From positions 1 to 64,000 of the forward strand of contig CAWDKY010000033.1 of the NCBI GenBank assembly GCA_963802945.1: a stretch of 64,000 nt of DNA. Direction: 5' to 3'. This DNA is from an uncultured delta proteobacterium (GTDB taxonomy: Bacteria; Desulfobacterota; RBG-13-43-22). Below, one piece after another: positions 1-12,336 of this stretch (positions within the stretch are counted from its first letter, which is position 1; every line of letters begins with the position of its first letter). Both the position numbers and the translations under genes were made by a program. The notes under the pieces are model-generated. The model saw nothing but the letters and a program-made list of their open reading frames with translations. It ran no database searches and was not told the origin of the DNA.

Positions 1-2947
1 TTTAAAATCATCAATAAGAGTTTGCAACTTATTTTTCAGGTTCAGTTCCAAAGGAAGAAACTCCATCTTCCTTTGAGTCTCCTCATAAAGGCTGTTGATA
101 AAAGACGGCCTTGCGTTTTCCGTGATCTCTTTTAAAAAGGAATCATCGGCTTTATCCTGTTTTGAAATGATTTCTTTAACCTTTTGACGGAAAAGTAGAT
201 CTATTGGCGGGTCAAGAAGTTTTCCATAAGTGGCCTGGGAATCCCAATGCTTGTTCCATCGTTCCAGGAGCCGGGCCTTTTTGATCATCAATACCGGATC
301 AAGGGGGTCTTCCACCTTCAGCAGACCTTCAATGGTTTTCACAGCCGGTCCATATTCTTTTTCCTGGCTGTAAATCTCAATTAGACGGCGAGAGATCATC
401 TGGTTCCGAGGAAATCTTTTTTGCAGATCTTCCATCATCTCCTGAATTGGTTCGACTTTTTCATTTCCTAACAGGTAATCCGTGACTCGGGCGGCGGACA
501 AAAGGACATCGTCATCTTCATCTCCTTTTTCAATCAGACTCGAGATAAAGGTTAGTAGCCCTTTTGCCCTCTCGGATCTCCCGATAACAATCGGCCAGTT
601 CCAGAAGACCACCTTCCTGCGAGCGAGCCAATGCCAATAAAGCTTCCTCAATTTTCTTTACCTCTCTAACTCCCATTTCCCCCCGGCTGAAAACCCGCCA
701 CAATCCAAAACGAATCCTCACCGAATCAGGAGCCTTCATCAAGGCCTTCCACATTTTCTCTTTAGCCGAATCATACTTCTCCTGGCGGATCAACAGTAAG
801 GCCTGGGCTAAATAAACTTCATCTAAAAGGATTTCCCTTTTCTCCAAATTTTGATAAAAGAGTTCGGCGTCTTCCCATTGTCCCATTTGAAGCAAAAGCC
901 TTCCAATTTTTCTCCGAATCTCAAGATTTTTAGGATTTTTTATCTCGGCGGCCTTAAGAGCGGTTAGAGACAGCCCCAGCTTTTTCTTTTGAAGATAGAA
1001 ATCGGCCCGATCTTGAAAAATAAAATCTTGTTCCTGGGGAAAAGATTTCTCCAATTTTTCCCAGCCGACTTCACATTCATCTCTCCGGTCCAAAGCGGCC
1101 AATAACCGCATCCAAGCCCGTTGCACCTTGAACTGATTAGGATGGCTTTGTAACAGAGGTTCGAGGATTTTTCGAGCTTGAGACCATCCTCCACCGTCTG
1201 TCAAAGCCATGGCCTTTTCAATCAAAATTTCCTGGTCCCCGGGCCTGATGGTCAGGGCCCAATCCAGGTAGCTGATTCCCTTCCAGGGACGCCCCTGCAG
1301 CCGGGCAACCTCCCCCAATCTCAGCAGGGTATTGCCGCCTTGGTCTTCCCCTAATATCATGACTTTTTGGAAGGCCTTCTGGGCCTGAATATAATCCCCT
1401 TGATCCAGGGCGTTGTAGCCGGTCAGGATCCAAATCCCGGCATGATCGGGTTGTTTCTGGACCAAGGTTTCCAACTGTCGGGCCGCCAAGCCGAATTCCT
1501 TCTGGCGATACAAACCGGTAGCCAGCTTGAGGCGGACTTCCCAAAGCTCAGGCTGTTCTTCCAGTATCTGTTGAAAAATCTTAAAGGCCTCTGGAAATTG
1601 CTGGATATCAAATAAAAGATCAGCCATTTCAACTTGCAACTTCCTGTCGTTTCGTTTCGACAGAATAGAACGGTAAAAAGGAAGAGCCTTCTCTTTCTCG
1701 CCGGAAAAATTATAGGCCCTGGCCAAATTCAATTGCGCAAAAATATTTTCAGGTTCGATGGATAGGGCTTTTTGAAAAGGGGGAATGGCCTGGTCGTAAT
1801 TTTTATTTAGAATATGCAGTTCCCCCACTTTTTCTTGGAGTTGATATTCATTGGGAAATTTTTTGGCTAAAGTTTCATATTCAGAAAGGGCTTCTTTGTT
1901 CTTCCCGGTAGAATAATAGGCTTCAGCGATCTCCCGTTGAAGGTCAAGGTTGTTGGGTTCTGCCTTTCTGAGCCTTTGATATATTTCTAAGGCCTGGGAA
2001 AAATTTCCGATATAAAATAATGCTCGGGCTTTTTCTATCAGGGCGCTGCTTTGGTCCGGTTTTTTCTTTAAATAGTCTTCCAGATAAGCCAGGGATTGAT
2101 CATACTGCTTCCCGGCCGACAGGGCTTGGGCCAATAATAATTGAATTTCCGGATCTCCCGGATCCTGCCGAACAAGTTCCTGAAGATGAGGCAGGGCCTC
2201 TCTGTACCTTTGGGCCGAAACCAGGGTTTGGGCCAGCTTTTTCTTCAGTCCCAACTGTTTGGGGAACTGCTTCACCAGGCCTTCCAGAATAAGGATGGAT
2301 TCATCCAATCGCTGGGTGGCCCCTAAAACGTCAGCCAAGTTCGTCCGGGCCTCGACATGCTGGGGGTCTCGAATAAGCACCTGACGCCATTCAATCAAGG
2401 CCTTTTCCAACTCATTGATTTGATAATAGTCGGAGGCTAAGGACAAACGAATGGCCAGGTTGTCCGGATCTTTTTGTAAAAGCCATTGATACCGTTCGAT
2501 GGCCCGTCTGTATTCCTTTTTCTGGGACAGGAGATCGGCCAAATCCTTTTGGACTTTTTGATTGAGCGGCTGGTGCTCCACAACCGTTTCCATCTCAGTG
2601 ATCGCCTCTCCCCATCTCTCCAGGGTAATTAGGACCTGGGCCAGTTCCAAGCGAGCCTCATCCAGATTCGACTTAAGGGCCAAAGCTTTCCGGAATTCTT
2701 GCACCGCCTCGGGGTATTTTTTCAGGAGGACCCGCTGGCGGGCTTTCTCCCAATAAACTTTCCAGAGAGGGGTCGCCGAAGCACCCCCATTAGGCACCTG
2801 TTTGACCTTGGTTTCTACCCCGGGTACATCCTTTTTGACATCAGGATTACTTGATGCGGCCGAAGAATCTAAGGGGTCTAGCCCGAAGGTGAGAACCGAC
2901 ACCGTAAACATCAAGGCAATTTTTTGAAAAAGGCCCATCGGGTTCAC
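1..2947 (-). CDS. Large exported tetratricopeptide-repeat (TPR) protein; frameshifted near 540 and running off the window edge
   Basis: 805-aa ORF with signal-like N-terminus and many TPR helix pairs (e.g. [27 protein letters not shown]). A second frame continues past the stop ([18 protein letters not shown]...) toward base 1. Confidence 0.85.
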
Positions 2948-4369
2948 GGCTCCTTACGATTCAATTTATTATAGAGACTGGAAAGACTGATACCCAAAAG
3001 ACGGGCTGCTGCTTTTTTGTCGCCTTTGGTCTTCAGCAGAGTTTTTTCCAGGACTGACTGCTCGATTTTATCCAGAGAAATCCCTATGGGAATGACTAAA
3101 TAGCTCCCGGCAAAAGGTGTATCAGGCCTTTGATGAGGGACCGTTTCAATTTCAATCGCTTGAGCATGCCCGAGCGAAACCGCACGTTCAATCGTACTTT
3201 CAAATTTAAGCCTTGGGGGAAGATCGGAAAGTTCAATCGTTTGCCCTTGACAAAGAGAAACCGCTCTTTCGACAATATTTTCCAATTCCCGCACATTACC
3301 CGGCCAAGGATAATTGCACAATATTTGAAGAACTTCCGGCGAAAAATCTAAGATTTTTTTTCCGTTTATCTCAGAGTACTTGTTTAAAAAATATCCGGCC
3401 AATAAAGGAATATCCTCTGTCCGTTCCCTGAGAGAAGGGATATCAACGGTAATTACATTCAAGCGATAAAAAAGGTCTTGGCGGAAACGGCCTTCTTTGA
3501 CTTCCTGCTCCAGGTCCTTGTTGGTTGCAGCGATGATCCGCACATCTACCTGAATGGTCCGGCTGCTGCCCACCCGCTCAAAAGACCCATCCTGAAGAAC
3601 CCGAAGGAGTTTGACCTGCATCCCCAGACTCATTTCTCCGACTTCGTCTAGAAAAAGGGTCCCTCCGTTGGCCATCTCAAAACGGCCCATCCTCTGTTGA
3701 TCAGCCCCGGTGAAGGCCCCCTTTTCGTGCCCGAACAATTCGGATTCCAGGAGGGTCTCGGTCAAGGCCCCGCAGTTCATTTTCACCAGAGGACCTTCTC
3801 CCCGTGGACTGGCGAAATGGATGGCTTCGGCAATGATCTCTTTGCCGGTCCCGCTTTCCCCGCATAAAAGCACGGTACTCCGGGTCGAGGCCACTTTGGG
3901 AACCAGGTCCATGATTTGAACAAAGGCCGGGCTTTTCCCAATGATTTTTGAGAAAGAGGCCTTTTCCCGTAAAGCCTGACGCAGGCGAATGTTTTCCTTC
4001 AGCAGGATTTGGGCTTCCAGGGCCTTGGCAATGATTTTTTTAATCTCTCCTAATCGAAAAGGTTTGGTAATGAAGTCGTAGATACCACTTTTAATGGCGC
4101 TTACCGCCACATCCACCGTGGGGCTGTGCGGAAATCATGATCGAGATTACTTCCGGATGTAGAGCTTTCAAGGTTTGAAAAAATTCCAGTCCATTCATAC
4201 CCGGCATCATTAAATCGATGACCGCCAAGTCCACTTCCTGACTGCGTATTTTTTCCAGGGCCTCTTTGCCGGAATGGGCTTCAAAGACTTGGTGACCTTC
4301 TTTGCTCAAGGCTGCGGTCAAGGATTGACAGGTATTTACATCATCGTCGACAATCAATATTCGGGCCAT
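2944..4369 (-). CDS. Sigma-54-dependent response regulator (NtrC/AtoC family); frameshift near 4110
   Basis: Receiver domain (ILIVDDD...DLMMPGMNG) in ORF 4091-4369. AAA+ domain with [14 protein letters not shown] and LFLDEVGE, plus a Fis-type HTH, in ORF 2944-4116. Confidence 0.93.
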
Positions 4370-4385
4370 AACTTAGGCACCTTTT

Positions 4386-6162
4386 TCAGCCATGGGAAAA
4401 ATGCAGACAAAATCGCGCGCCCTCTCCAGGTTTTCCTTCTTCCTGCAGGGTCCCCCCATGGGCCTGGACAATGGTTTGGGCGATATACAAACCCAAACCT
4501 GAATGAGTTCCGGTCAAATCCCCTTTTTCCGTGTTAAAGAACAAAATTGCTTAAATAGATCGGGCTTTTGTTCCGGAGGGATTCCCGGACCGCTGTCGGC
4601 CACTTCCAAAGTAATCCGGTTATGTTCTTCTTCCTTCAGAAAACCCGTCTTTATTTTAACCGTCCCTCCTTGCGGGGTCCAATGGATGGCATTGATCAAC
4701 AGGTTATAAATCAATCGTTCCAGATAAAACTCATCGGCCTGCAGGGCCGGCAGAGCGGGATCAAGATTCTCCTGGACCTGGATCCCCTTGCGGTCGGCCA
4801 TCACCCGGCACTGGGAACCGACATAAGTCACGGAAGCGTTGAGGTCAACCGATTCCAACTGAAGGGTAAACGGTCCCTTTTCAATCTTGGAAATGGTCAA
4901 TATATTATAAAGATGACTCAATAATTCTTCAAGACTTTCCCCCATCCCGGCCAGTCGTTGTTTGACCTCTTCCGAAAGGTTTTCGTCCAATAAGGATTCG
5001 ATCATCAGACTGACCCCGGCCATGGGGGCCTTGATATCATGGACCAGCATGGAGAGAAAATCCACATTGGCCAGGATCTTTTCTTTTTCCTCCTGAAGGA
5101 TACGATTCCGTTCCTGAAGGGTCTGGGCCATCTGATTGAAGGATCGGGCCAGAACACCCAATTCATCCTTGCTGATTTCCGGGATGGGTTTCTGTAAGAT
5201 CACCGGAAGTAGACCTTTTCGGTCCCCAGCGAAAGAAGGGCGATTTGCCGCCTCATTCTTGAGGTCAATAAAATCATTAAAAGGACGCCGAGTAAAGCCC
5301 CTCCGCCCCCAACGCTCAAGATGGTCCATCGCAAGGAATTAACCGTCTGATTCAGTTCGACTCTCGAAAGGCCAATGACTAAAAAACCGATAATGTCGCC
5401 TGTTCGGTCTTTCAAGGGCAGGGATTTCATGGTATAGGATTTTTCTTCAACCACCACCGGCATGGGCTGGCCCATCAGGGCCTTGATGTCATGAAGCACA
5501 TCTTCGGAAAATTCCAATTCATCACCTTCGCCCTCTTTTTTAGTGAAGGTGCTGGCAAGAACCTTTCCTTCCCGGACAATGGCCATAAACAAATCATTGC
5601 CTTTGGCCAAATCACTCAAATACAGGTTATCGATCAAGACACCGGTATAGACCCGGCCGGTTAATTCTTCCTCATTATAAACAGGGGCGCTGCCACTGAT
5701 AAAAATCCCCTGTTCCCATTTGCTTAATCGTACCCCATAGGTCCCGACCATGGTCTTTTTTAAAAGGCCGCTCTCTCCTGAGCTCTCCTTTTGGAAGTCT
5801 TCTGATTCCAGTCGGATCAATTCTTTCCCATTCTTTCCGAAAACCAATAAAGCATCCAGATCGGATTCTTTAAAAACCGGAGAGATCAAGTATCGGATAT
5901 TTCTTTTGTCTTCATTAGCTACCAAGGGCCCCATCCGGCCGAAATTGGCGATGGCCATGGTTAATAACCGGATCTGGTCCTTTTGTTTTTCCAGACTGAA
6001 GAAAATCTTTTCAGTAAGGTTGTCCAGCCTCCTTTGATGCCGTTTATGGACCTGTTGGGTTATAATCGATTCAGCCACTATCAAAACGGCAGATAGGGCC
6101 AGGGCAAGGGAAAACACATAAGTGAGAATCAGTTTAAAGCCGACTTTATGTTGAAAAGCCAT
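4386..6162 (-). CDS. Membrane sensor histidine kinase (TM-periplasmic-HAMP-HisKA-HATPase); frameshifts near 5205 and 4530
   Basis: HAMP (DELGVLARSFNQMA), H-box (LVHDIKAP), N-box (NLLINA) and G1 (DSGPGI). G2 (SGLGLYIAQTIVQAHGG) is in a third frame ending with TGA at 4386. Confidence 0.9.
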
Positions 6163-6205
6163 TTATGAAAAAGTTCCTATCTATTCTATCAAGAATATTA
6201 AAAAA

Positions 6206-6263
6206 GTCGAGGATTCAGGAATCAAGGATGTACCTCCATGCGTTCCCTTGAATCCTTGAACCT
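6206..6263. repeat. 8-nt-period inverted repeat (GGATTCAG/GAATCAAG ... CTTGAATC/CTTGAACC)
   Basis: Tandem octamer-like units followed by their reverse complement, intergenic. Confidence 0.6.
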
Positions 6264-6272
6264 AATTTCTTG

Positions 6273-6656
6273 TTATAAATCATCCCCAAAATCGGACGGA
6301 CTTCCTTCTTCGCCAAAGCCATCCCCTCTTTCCGATTCGGCCATGGCCTCATCCACCATCTGATCAAAATCTTCTCCCCCCATTTCTTCGCCCATTTCTT
6401 TACCCATCTTTTTCATCCATCGGGCTACACTTTTGGGATCATTTTCATCCAGACCCCCAAGCTTGGAGGGGTCAGCCATGCCCTCCAGGACGGGCCTCTT
6501 CGGATTTAACCACATTCACGCGGGAAACAATCCGGTTTCAACCGCGGAGCTATTGCATTTTTTACAGCGTAACTCAGGAATCTCTTTTTCCAGATTCATG
6601 ATTAAGAATGAGGACTTTCTATGACAATCCCGGCATTCGTATTCATAAATCGGCAT
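6273..6656 (-). CDS. FmdB-family zinc-ribbon protein; frameshift near 6530
   Basis: GGAGG RBS, then MPIYEYECRDC...CKKC. The C-terminal part (DENDPKSVARWMKKMGKEMGE) is in ORF 6273-6515. Confidence 0.85.
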
Positions 6657-6810
6657 AGGATTATACCTCCTAAAAAATTTCAGATTTCAGATTTCGGATT
6701 GCCGAATTTAACTACCGGCATTTTATAATTTCTTAATTTAGTGAACTTTGGCCCTTAAACATTGAACTTTGAGTGAACAACTTTCATATCCTGAACCCGG
6801 TTTTTTCCCG

Positions 6811-9716
6811 TCACTTGTCACTTTTTTCACGTATTTTATTGATTCGATCGACACTCCAATCGACCGGACAACGAACCAACTGGCCGGTCTTGCTTTCAAA
6901 CAAGACATGCCCTTTTTTTTGCCCGAATTCAAACAGGGATTTGGTTATTTCCACATCCTGTTGGCAGTATTCGGTCAGGAGATTCAAACTTCTCCTTCCC
7001 GGAACCATTGGACCGCCATAAGGCCGTTCCCGCTTTTTTGAGCCCCTAAGGTTTTTTGCCCCAGGTGATCCAGGCTCAGTCGAAAACCCAGGCAGGCAAA
7101 AACATCTTCCAGCAAATCCAGGGTCGGGAGCGAATTAAAGTCAAAGGAAGAATACCCTGTTAACACCCCGAAGTCAAAGCTTTTGACATTAAACCCGACG
7201 ATCAGATCAAATTTTTTCAAGTGCTCGATCAAAGCATGGATATCCGCTTCCTGATAATGATAAAAGCGATCGTCCTGGCTGTCATAGACCACCCCCACGG
7301 ATAAACGCATCAAGTGTTTATTCCCCCATCCTCCCACCTCCTCAGCCAGGCGTTGGGTTTCCAGATCAAAGAAACCGAGGCGAAGATTTCTGGAATCAGG
7401 AGTTAACGACTTGGAGTCCTTCATGGATGCCACGGCATCTGAAGCCAAAAGGTTGCCTTCCGAAATCCGGATGGGGATTTGCCCGAGAAGCAGCCGGCTT
7501 AAATAAACAGCCCCAAGCTTATCCAAAGGTTTGTTCCCTGAACCGCACTGTGGCGAATGAATACAAGAAGGACAGCCGCTCTCACAAGGACATTCGGAAA
7601 TCAAATGCAGCGTTTTTTGAAGCAGACCTTCAATAATTTCATAACCCCTTTTAGCCAATCCTACACCGCCGGGATAGCCGTCATAAATAAAGATGGCCGC
7701 TTTCCCCACCTGGGGATGATGGGGATAACAGATCCCGCCTATATCTCCCCGGTCACAGAGGGCATAAAGGGGAAAGATGCTGATGGCCCCATGTTCCAGG
7801 GCATGAAGGCCTCCCATAATATGAAAGCCCTGACTTTTGAGTTGGTCCTGGATGCATTCTTCGATTTCAATCCACAATCCCTCGGTTTCAAAGGTCTGAG
7901 AGGGCAAGTCCAAAGGATAGACCCCCAGGAGTTCCTGCCCGTGAATGGCCCGCTTCTCATAACCGGTGAAGGTCTCGGTCACCAGAATCCGGCCGAAGTT
8001 GACCAGGAAGTTTCCTATCGGCCGCACTTTTTCCTGTTGAATAATTTCGGTCTCTTTCTGGGCCACGATCCGGGTGTAGTAGTTGACCTCCTTCCGGGTC
8101 ACATAGACATTTTTTTCTTTAAGCTCCAACCGATCCACCAGGAAAGATTCGGCCTTATGAAGGTAGATAGCCCCGGGGTGGCATTCGCGAAAGGCCCTCA
8201 GACGGTCCAGTGTTCCGACCACCTCCCCTTTTCCTCCTTTGAGTATGGTAAATGCCTCTCCGATGGACCGGATATTGACCTCGCGATGAGGATGTTTCTT
8301 GGCCGCAACCCATTCATCTCCTCGGGCGGTCAACAGCAATCGTCCTTCCTTTTCCAGTTCCTGGATCTCTCGAAGATGATGAGACGGCTGCAGGAAAGGA
8401 TCTCCGGGAGAAAGGGGCAATTCAGCAGCAGCGCAAGTCAGGTGCGCTTTGAGAATAGGACTGTTATCAGGATCCACCACCGCGGTTTCAAAACTGCGCT
8501 CGAAGAAATCCTCCGGATGGCGGATGAAATATTGATCCAGGGCATCGGGTTGGGCGATCAACATAATGGCCGATTCTCTCTGACTCCGTCCGACCCTTCC
8601 TCCCCGCTGCCAGGTATTGATGACGCTTCCCGGATAACCGACCAACAAACACACATCCAGACTGCCTATATCGATGCCCATTTCCAGGGCACTGGTTGAA
8701 ATGACCCCCAATAATTCTCCTGAGGCCAATCTTCGCTCGATAATCCGTCTTTCTTCGGGCAGGAAACCGGCCCGGTAGGAGGAGATTTTCCCTTTCAGTT
8801 GCGGTGCCATCTGTTCCACCCACATATGGATCAATTCCGTAACCCTTCGCCCCTGGGTAAAAAGGATGGTTTTTTTCCCTTTGGAAAGGCAATAGCTAAA
8901 AAGCCGGGCACCGGCAACGGAGGCGCTGATATCCGGATTCAGAAAAAGAAAATGTTTGGCCGGAGAGGGAAAGCCGGATTCCTGAACCACCTGAAAAGAA
9001 AGGCCGGTCAGCGACTCGGAAAAAAGTTCGGGATGGGCAATAGTCGCCGAACACAGGATAAACTGGGGAGAGCTTTGGTAGAGCCGGCAGATCCGGCGCA
9101 GTCTCCGGATGATTTGCACCAGGTGGCTGCCTAAGATTCCTTTGTAAACATGGGCTTCATCGATGACCACTAATTTCAGGTCCTTGAAAAAATCCTTCCA
9201 TTGCTCGTGATAGGGAAGGATACTCATATGCAGCATGTCCGGATTGGAGATTAAAACAGGGGGAGGGTCTTGACGGATTTTTTTTCTTTGTGAAACTGGA
9301 GTATCCCCATCATAAATGGCCGAAAGATGCTTTCCGAAATGCGGCAGGGAAGAAGCCCATTCTTCAAGGATCTTCCGTTGATCCTGTTCCAGGGCCTTGA
9401 TCGGAAAAAGATATAAGGCCTTTGAACAGGGGTCCTGAGTCAGGTGAAGCAGACTGGCCAGAACATAGATCAGGGATTTACCGCTGGCCGTGGGCGTCGA
9501 GATGATGATCGGCTCCCCTGTTTGTATTTTCTCCAAAGCCTCAACCTGATGGGCATACAGGCGCTTAATCCCCTTATCGGTTAAAGCCTGTTGGATCAAA
9601 TCCGGAAAGGGTGTCTCCGGCCGCCCCCAACGGGAAGGTTGGGCCGGTATCCTTTGATGAAAACAGATCATCTCACCCAAAGGGGTTTTTTTAAGTTGTC
9701 TTAGAAAAGATTCCAC
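6811..9716 (-). CDS. DEAD/DEAH helicase with DUF1998 zinc domain (MrfA/YprA/Hrq1-like) fused to a C-terminal RNase H-like DEDD exonuclease (YprB/MrfB-like); frameshift near 6990
   Basis: PTASGKS, DEAH, SAT, QRGGRVGR, C...CPCESGCPSC. Then FFDLETQ, GFNVKSFD and, after the shift, EYCQQDV. Confidence 0.9.
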
Positions 9717-10118
9717 GGCTTTCTTGCTGAAGAATGAAAATGAGGAGTTTCAAGGGTATCATCTGACGAAAAAGGATTCAACCAAAAAGTATTTACAAAC
9801 GGTCTCATTTTAGTATTAAAATTTACAAGAAAAGCTAGTTGGAATTAGATTTGGAGGGTCTATATTATTTTGAGACCCTTAATAGGTTCCAGGTACATCC
9901 GGCCGGGTAATCAAGGGTTCAAATCCCGCCCCAGGCAAGGCTCGAATCCCGGCCATTCCGCTTCCTTTTTTAATAATATCTTAAAATAGACCAAGAATAT
10001 CACGGATTCGGTTGACAGGATAGGAAAAATGGCTATAATTGAAAAGATAATCAAAGCATATTCTTCCTGAATCCCTTTTCCTGCCTTGTGGCAACCGAAA
10101 GGGACAAGAGGTTATATT

Positions 10119-11078
10119 ATGAGCGATAAAGATTATTATAAGACCCTTGGGGTGGACAAAAAGGCTACCGAGGAAGAGATAAAGAAGACCTACCGTAAAC
10201 TGGCCATGAAGTATCATCCCGATCGAAATAAAGGGGACAAAAAGGCTGAAGAAAAGTTCAAAGAGATAAGCGAGGCCTATGCGGTATTGAGTGATAAAGA
10301 GAAGAGAAAACAATATGACACTTTCGGGTCTGAGGGATTTCAACAGCGATACAGCCAGGAGGACATCTTCCGAGGTTTCGATTTCAGCAATCTCTTCAAG
10401 GAATTTGGCTTCGGTGGAGGATTCGAAAATATTTTCGGCCAGAGGACCGGCCATCCGGGCGGGGGGGGCTATAAGACCTATACCTTCAACCGGGGCGGCC
10501 AAGGCTTCGATTATGGAGATCCTTTTGCACAACATACTGGCGCAGGCCGGCCGCAACGGGGGGACGATCAGATGTATGAACTGGCCATCACCCTCAAAGA
10601 ATCGGCCTTTGGAGCAGAAAAACAACTGTCTTTCCCGACGGGAAGAAAGACCGAAAAGGTCGTGGTTAAAATACCCCCGGGTATCTCCACAGGGAAAAAA
10701 CTACGCATCCAGGGAAAGGGGGGCCCCAGTCTAATGGGTGGACCCTCAGGAGACCTTTTTATTCAAATTAAGGTCCTGGAAGACCCGATATTTAAAGTTG
10801 AAGGACAAAACCTGGTGGTGGAGAAAGAAATTAACTTTTCCCAGGCAGGTTTGGGAACCAAAGTGCAAGTTCCCACCTTAGAGGGGAAGTCTCTTCAGGT
10901 CAACATCCCTGCGGGGACACAACCCCAATCCAAGTTACGCTTAAAAGGATATGGGCTTCCTATTCTAGGGAATAAAGGCAAGGGGGACCAGTTGGTCAAG
11001 ATCGCCATCAAAGTTCCCAAGAAATTGTCGGACCGTCAAAAAAAACTCCTGGAAGAATTGGCCCGGGAAGGGCTTTAG
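10119..11078 (+). CDS. Class B DnaJ/CbpA-like chaperone (J domain + G/F region + C-terminal domain, no zinc finger)
   Basis: DYYKTLGV...YHPDRN (HPD motif); no CxxCxGxG repeats. Confidence 0.92.
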   Translation: MSDKDYYKTLGVDKKATEEEIKKTYRKLAMKYHPDRNKGDKKAEEKFKEISEAYAVLSDKEKRKQYDTFGSEGFQQRYSQEDIFRGFDFSNLFKEFGFGGGFENIFGQRTGHPGGGGYKTYTFNRGGQGFDYGDPFAQHTGAGRPQRGDDQMYELAITLKESAFGAEKQLSFPTGRKTEKVVVKIPPGISTGKKLRIQGKGGPSLMGGPSGDLFIQIKVLEDPIFKVEGQNLVVEKEINFSQAGLGTKVQVPTLEGKSLQVNIPAGTQPQSKLRLKGYGLPILGNKGKGDQLVKIAIKVPKKLSDRQKKLLEELAREGL

Positions 11079-11093
11079 TTGAAAAAATAAATT

Positions 11094-12099
11094 ATGCCGT
11101 TATTAAATCACCTGGCTATTGATTTAGGGACCACCTACTCCGTTGCCTGTCTTTTCGCCAATGAGGGCTTTTTGATTGAGCCTACCTTTGTAGCCTTAAA
11201 AAACCAGCATAAAACTCCCCTGGCCGTGGGTTGGGAGGCCAAAGAGATGTACGGCCTGGCCCCAAAAAATATCCGGGTGATTCAGCCCTTACAGGACGGG
11301 GTTATTTCCGATTTTGATGTCTGCAGTACCTTCCTGCAGGTCCTGATCAAAAAACTCTTAAAAAACCAAAGAGGAATTGTCCGTAATGTTCTTTTTTGTC
11401 TTCCCTGGGGCGCCACCGATGTTGAGATCAGGGCCTATCGAAAACAACTGGAACTTTTCCCATTTTCACGGATCTTCTCTAATCAGGGAACCCTATGCCG
11501 CAGCCTTGGGGGCAGATATCTCCCTTGAAAACCATTCCGGGAACCTGGTGATAGATTTAGGAGGTGGAACCACTGAAATAACCATCCTGTCCTTTGGTGG
11601 AATCGTAAACTGCATCTCTCTCAAAATCGGCGGTAACGCCTTGGATCAGGCCATTAAGCAGGATATCGAACTTAGACATCAATTTTCTGTTGGTCTGAAA
11701 ACTTCCGAAACTTTGAAAATACTTCATGGCAGCGTAGCCCCGGTCAAAGAGGATTATGTCTTCGACATTAAAGGGGTTCATCGAGTTTGTCGTTTTCCAA
11801 GGCAGGGCCAGCTTAATACCGTCAATCTTCGCTTGGCTTTGGAGATCCCCACCCGAAAGATCCTCAGCGGAATCGGCCTGGCCTTGGAGTCTTTGACTCC
11901 TGAATTGGTCACTGATATTTCAAACAACGGGGTCACGCTGGTAGGGGGCGGGGCCTTGCTACCGGGTTGGCCTGAACGAATAAAAAAAAGATTCAACCTG
12001 CCGGTTCGAATCCCCCCAGAACCCCATCTCTGTGTAATCAAAGGCATGAAAAAAATCTTGACCGATTTAAAAAAATATAGACCCCTCCTGGAAGAATAA
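11094..12099 (+). CDS. Divergent MreB/Mbl-like actin-family ATPase; frameshift near 11480
   Basis: AIDLGT, PLQDGVISDF, EPYAAALGA, IDLGGGTTE, VGGGALL. Confidence 0.85.
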
Positions 12100-12115
12100 T
12101 TAATACTCAGGTAAA

Positions 12116-12263
12116 TAGACTGAAGACCGAAGGCTGAAGGTGAAAGTCTTTAGGTAATCGATAAAGGGAAAGAAAAAGATCCTGTAACCGGGAAGGTTTT
12201 GAAGGACTTAATACAAACAACATTTCATTATATTAAACTTCAGCCTTCAGTCTTCAGCCTAAC
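12116..12263. repeat. 7-nt-period inverted repeat (CTGAAGR ... YCTTCAG)
   Basis: tagactgaagaccgaaggctgaagg pairs with cttcagccttcagtcttcagccta. Confidence 0.75.
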
Positions 12264-12336
12264 CAGCTAAAAAATTTTCATTTTGTAGTTCTTCACCTTA
12301 TCTGGCCAAAGAAAATGGTTAACAACCCAGAGCAAT

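Noticed and set aside
7557-8699. 380-aa antisense ORF inside the helicase (likewise 22553-23386 in glnS, 18883-19668, 36715-37380 and 9981-10625)
   Set aside because: These overlap well-supported genes on the opposite strand and show no domain signatures.
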